Source: Alkalimarinus alittae (GTDB lineage: Bacteria > Pseudomonadota > Gammaproteobacteria > Pseudomonadales > Oleiphilaceae). From it: a stretch of 32,000 bases of DNA. Below, piece by piece: positions 28,210-32,000 of the stretch. The DNA is taken from contig NZ_CP100390.1 in assembly GCF_026016465.1 (NCBI RefSeq), forward strand, positions 3,939,078 to 3,971,077, written 5' to 3'. The first letter of the stretch is position 1. Every line of letters starts with the position of its first letter. The position numbers and the translations under genes were made by a program. The notes below the pieces were generated by a model, which was not told the DNA's origin, made no database searches, and was given only the letters and a program-made list of their open reading frames with translations.

Positions 28210-28796
28210 TATTCAAATAGACTAATGGATTCAAACAGCACCTGCTTAGCTTTTTTAAACTTCTCGGGGTTAGCAGCTACCGCACCAGCACCAAAAACAC
28301 CCGGATTTCCTAACGACTTAAGACAACGTTTTATTGATTGTGCCGCCATCTCCGCGTCATCATCGTCTAGCTCTACAATGATGGTATTAAGAAAGCGATT
28401 ACTTTTGGCAACGAGTATTTTAGATTTTTGATAATCATTGATATTCTCTTCTGCAGAATTGAGGCGACGTTTAATTTCCAATGCAAAAACGGTGTTCATG
28501 ATATGGATAACAGATGAGCGGTCTTTATTGTTTACCGCGTCTTTCAATCGACCCGTTAGTTGAGTTGGCATCACTTTTTCAAGCTCAACGAGCTCTGGCG
28601 TTATTTGCTCAAGTACCAACAACGCCGCCTGTTTGTCATCGGCCAACATCGCTCCAATTAACGCTTCTCGTCCCTCTATCAACGGCTCTTTTCCCGCTTC
28701 TGAGTATGAATAGGCACTTACCTGCATAGAGGCCAATATCAATAGCCACAGCCCGATTGATCGAATGACGATATTAACTTGTTGATTATTTCTCAT
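28209..28796 (-). CDS. Hypothetical periplasmic all-helical protein (195 aa)
   Basis: ATG at 28796 with AAGGAAA upstream. It has a signal peptide (IGLWLLILASMQVSAYS) and no recognised domain. Confidence 0.6.
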   Translation of the reverse strand: MRNNQQVNIVIRSIGLWLLILASMQVSAYSYSEAGKEPLIEGREALIGAMLADDKQAALLVLEQITPELVELEKVMPTQLTGRLKDAVNNKDRSSVIHIMNTVFALEIKRRLNSAEENINDYQKSKILVAKSNRFLNTIIVELDDDDAEMAAQSIKRCLKSLGNPGVFGAGAVAANPEKFKKAKQVLFESISLFE

Positions 28797-28806
28797 AATC
28801 GTTTCC

Positions 28807-30264
28807 TTATGCCACACTTTGAGTTTCAATCACGGTTTTTTCGTTGCGAAACTCAAAGATTTTCTTACGATAATCCTGCTGATCAATGATCGATTTTGCA
28901 GCTAACTGTCCCATCTCCATGGCGGTGTCGGTAAAAATGTAGCGGAACGTGCCTTGCCTGCCACACATCACCAAGTTGGAATACTGATTTAGCTGTTCGG
29001 CATTTTTATTACGCTCACTCTGATAACCCTTATTCATCAATGGGTAGGCATATTCAGCGTAACTCGAAAAACACTCTCCGGTGGCTTTATTCATGTTGAC
29101 ACCTAAACGGCTCATATCCTGTTTAGCTCGTTCGAATAAACGCCGATCATCCATTGACCATAGTTCATCTCCCTTCCAGCATGGGATCTCAAGCATCATT
29201 GAAGTTTTCCCCTCAGGCGCCATAAAAGGCGAACGACGCCTTGGTTCTTGCAAGCGAGTGGCTAATATATCGGGGTCCGATAGATACTGCCAAGTGTGAG
29301 TGGAAATATTTTCCATATCCATTGGCATATTAAGAAATCTCAAGGCGCGAAACTTTAGTGCGCTTTGTTCGCCCAAGAAACTCATCATCAGTGGCATCGG
29401 CAATGTTGATATTACATAGTCAGTATCCAGCTCCATTACCTGCCCTTGCTGCTTAAAGGATACCGATTTAATCTGCCCTTTTTCTTTTCTGACGCCCGTC
29501 ACAGGAGCGTTAAGCAACACCGTGGCGCCATTTGCTTCAAGACGCTCTTTTAAACGATCAAATATCGCCCCAAACCCATACTTGGGGTAGCGATAACTTC
29601 TCGCGTAGGTGCGTGGAGTGCTGCCATTACCAGGCAGTAACCGTCGAGCGACTTCTTTTAAATCAATCAGGCTAATACGCTGTGCGGCCCAGTCAGCAGA
29701 TAAGTCTTTTGGGTCAATGCCCCATAGTTTACCCGTATAACCTTCAAAGAAATGGCGGTAGAGTGTTGAGCCAAAGCGAGATTCGATCCAGTCTGCAAAA
29801 CTAGCGCTTTCACGATCATCGACCGCTTGGGTAAACGGCAAAACAAAAAGAAGGTCTTTTGCCGCACCTGAGAGCAAACTCCAGGGCGCATTTTTAAGAA
29901 TGTTACCAAGCGCTAGTGGATAGTCATAAGTTCGACCACGATAACGAATAACACTGCTGCGGATTGAGTGCAGTAAGTCATCCTCCATTAGCGATTCGAT
30001 AAAGGCAAGTAGCTCAGGGTTGTGAGTAATAAACCGATGCCCACCAAAATCAAAGCGATAGGTTCCAGCTTGCCCTTCAAAAACATGCGTAGCGGCAAGG
30101 CCGCCAACACGCTCATCGGCTTCTAAAACCGTAACAGAAAAGCCTGCTTGCTGGAGTTCCCATGCGGCCATAAGGCCAGCGGGGCCGGCCCCTAGCACTG
30201 CAACACGATGTCCTTTTTTGCTTAATTCCACTAACACTCCGCTTTTAAGTAATAAGCTCAACAT
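28807..30264 (-). CDS. FAD/NAD(P)-binding oxidoreductase (amine-oxidase / protoporphyrinogen-oxidase / UDP-galactopyranose-mutase-like fold)
   Basis: [17 protein letters not shown]...[11 protein letters not shown] dinucleotide-binding motif, and ...FGGHRF... The start is uncertain (ATG at 30264, or GTG at 30231 with GGAG upstream). Confidence 0.75.
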   Translation of the reverse strand: MLSLLLKSGVLVELSKKGHRVAVLGAGPAGLMAAWELQQAGFSVTVLEADERVGGLAATHVFEGQAGTYRFDFGGHRFITHNPELLAFIESLMEDDLLHSIRSSVIRYRGRTYDYPLALGNILKNAPWSLLSGAAKDLLFVLPFTQAVDDRESASFADWIESRFGSTLYRHFFEGYTGKLWGIDPKDLSADWAAQRISLIDLKEVARRLLPGNGSTPRTYARSYRYPKYGFGAIFDRLKERLEANGATVLLNAPVTGVRKEKGQIKSVSFKQQGQVMELDTDYVISTLPMPLMMSFLGEQSALKFRALRFLNMPMDMENISTHTWQYLSDPDILATRLQEPRRRSPFMAPEGKTSMMLEIPCWKGDELWSMDDRRLFERAKQDMSRLGVNMNKATGECFSSYAEYAYPLMNKGYQSERNKNAEQLNQYSNLVMCGRQGTFRYIFTDTAMEMGQLAAKSIIDQQDYRKKIFEFRNEKTVIETQSVA

Positions 30265-30299
30265 TCATACCGTAAGCCGGTTTGCTAAACGCAAATGGG

Positions 30300-32000
30300 T
30301 TACTGCGTAAACCGACCTTCTATTCGATTTAATTCCAACACTGGTGGGTCTGTCAATTCTGGCACTTTAGCTTTCACCGCATTGGTGACCCACTGGGGAT
30401 AGATTCGGTACATTAATTTTGACTCAACCTGTAGTGGGTATACCGCATCACTTGGCAATTCAAAGATTTCATCTCGATAACCGTCAGCTGGAATTCGCGT
30501 ATCTTTCAATAATTTTTCATAGCGCCAGAAAATTAACCCTAGGGGTTTACCTTCTTTATCACCAAAGACCTTCATAAACACGCGAGCGTCAGTCCCTATA
30601 TTGCCCGCTTCGTCTAGGTATCCGCTTTTGAAAACTGTTTGGCCCGTTGCATCCACCGCCGTCACTTGTAGCCAAAACTCTCTAAAATCGGCAACTCCGG
30701 TTGGCAGCGCGTGGCCAGCACCGATGTTATTGACTCTTACCGTCAGTTGATTGTCAGATATGGATTGCTCAAGGCTGGCGGAAGTTTTTAGCAGCTCAAT
30801 ACTCATCTTTTCTAGTTCTGGGTTTCTTAACCCCACTAAAAAATGATTGGCACCGGTAAACTGATGCGTCACTACATTTTTCTTTACTCGTCCGCCATCT
30901 GTTGAAATACCTGGGACGTCTTCCCCTATTTTAGAGATATCCCCATGCATATGGCAGGCAATACAGCCTCGGTGTTTTTCTGGGTTTTCAGGATCATTAA
31001 ATGATGATTTCTCCCACTCTCCCCAAGTATCGACTACCATCGCACCCAAACCAGGTGAAAACTCATTATGGCAGGACTTACAGTATTGCTCATCTTTGTA
31101 AAATGGTTGCGAGTAAGATTGTTTATGTACTTCTGGCTTTGCATTAATCTGACTTTCACCGAGCCACCGCAGTACCGGGTTGCTGCTATTTTCAAACACG
31201 TATTGTTCGCGGTCTTTAAGGTTAACCGTCATAGCGGCATTGCCACCCACATCTTCCAAACGGCTAATTCGGTGGCAGAACAAACAGCCGGTGCCCTCTT
31301 TAGGGCCATGTTTTCCTTCAGCTAGCGCTTCTTTTAACGATGAGCCCTGTTTCTCAAACATGTCATTGCCATGCCCTCTAAATGGCAAACCTACAAGCAC
31401 TCGCTCAGGGTTATGGCAGCCAGAACACCAAGCTCTAAATGCTTCACCCTCTGTAGCCGCAGCAAGGTCTTCCATGATTCTGTAATAGGGATTGGATTCA
31501 GACATCAGTCGGTGGTTTGAGTCTACCCACTGCTCAAACATATCAGAATGGCAGCTTTCGCAGGCTGCAGAGTTAATCCACTCATCCTTGTGTACTGTAC
31601 GACGTGTTCCATCTTCCAGTCGTAACCAGTTGGCCAAATAAGGTAAGTTATGAGAAGCGGTTATATAGCGATGAAGTGCACCCATCATCTCGTAAACTTC
31701 GCTATCAGGCGTTGCCGCATCAATGGGCTTAGCGCCATCACGGTCATCATGCCCCATACCACCTTGGGTATCCTGAATCATCCGCACATAGTCACGCAAA
31801 AAGTCCCCAGCGACCATTTTGTTCAAGTTGCCGTGGCCGAGTACCGCATTCTCTTTTTTGTTTTCGTTTCGACCTTCAACTAAGTATTGATTGGTAAAAT
31901 TAAAGCCATCAAGATGGCAACTATTACAACTCATCCAAAAGTCACCGGCCATTGGGTATGCTTTGTCCTCACCGGTGTTGGCTTGATTAAACAACCTAAC
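30300..32000 (-). CDS. Multihaem c-type cytochrome (at least 6 CxxCH in window), N-terminus beyond the window edge
   Basis: CNSCH, CESCH, CSGCH, CLFCH, CKSCH and CIACH motifs, plus a C-terminal beta-rich domain with NIGAGHALPTG. The frame is open to position 32000. Confidence 0.8.
   Translation of the reverse strand, partial: VRLFNQANTGEDKAYPMAGDFWMSCNSCHLDGFNFTNQYLVEGRNENKKENAVLGHGNLNKMVAGDFLRDYVRMIQDTQGGMGHDDRDGAKPIDAATPDSEVYEMMGALHRYITASHNLPYLANWLRLEDGTRRTVHKDEWINSAACESCHSDMFEQWVDSNHRLMSESNPYYRIMEDLAAATEGEAFRAWCSGCHNPERVLVGLPFRGHGNDMFEKQGSSLKEALAEGKHGPKEGTGCLFCHRISRLEDVGGNAAMTVNLKDREQYVFENSSNPVLRWLGESQINAKPEVHKQSYSQPFYKDEQYCKSCHNEFSPGLGAMVVDTWGEWEKSSFNDPENPEKHRGCIACHMHGDISKIGEDVPGISTDGGRVKKNVVTHQFTGANHFLVGLRNPELEKMSIELLKTSASLEQSISDNQLTVRVNNIGAGHALPTGVADFREFWLQVTAVDATGQTVFKSGYLDEAGNIGTDARVFMKVFGDKEGKPLGLIFWRYEKLLKDTRIPADGYRDEIFELPSDAVYPLQVESKLMYRIYPQWVTNAVKAKVPELTDPPVLELNRIEGRFTQ

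Overview
This is a gammaproteobacterial chromosome segment whose gene order matches Pseudomonas and Oceanospirillales-type genomes. From the left it carries cbrA (3' fragment) and cbrB, then an ORF-free 870-bp gap holding a sigma-54 promoter and an A-rich CrcZ-like sRNA. Next come pcnB-folK-panB-panC-pgi, a folB-HPPK pair on the minus strand, plsY, tsaD, rpsU-yqeY-dnaG-rpoD and a tRNA with anticodon CAT. The 3' 49 nt of that tRNA region recur as a perfect direct repeat 5.1 kb downstream, which delimits a very small integrative element (15882..21022). The element encodes a P4-type tyrosine integrase, AlpA, three tiny translationally coupled ORFs and a YagK/YfjJ (inovirus Gp2-like) protein. Its remaining ~1.4 kb has no credible long ORF but is packed with paired direct repeats and a periodic array of related palindromes. 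Right of the island lie an orphan substrate-binding protein, a fatty-acid-hydroxylase-family membrane protein, an AsmA-like protein and an MCP. A minus-strand operon follows: multihaem cytochrome c (cut by the window edge), an FAD oxidoreductase, a periplasmic helical protein and a GT-C-like membrane protein. I saw no rRNA, CRISPR array, IS transposase or recognisable defence enzyme. The best candidates for something undescribed are the island's non-coding repeat module with its minimal gene set, and the cytochrome/FAD/GT-C operon. Both are hypotheses from sequence reading only; no searches were run.
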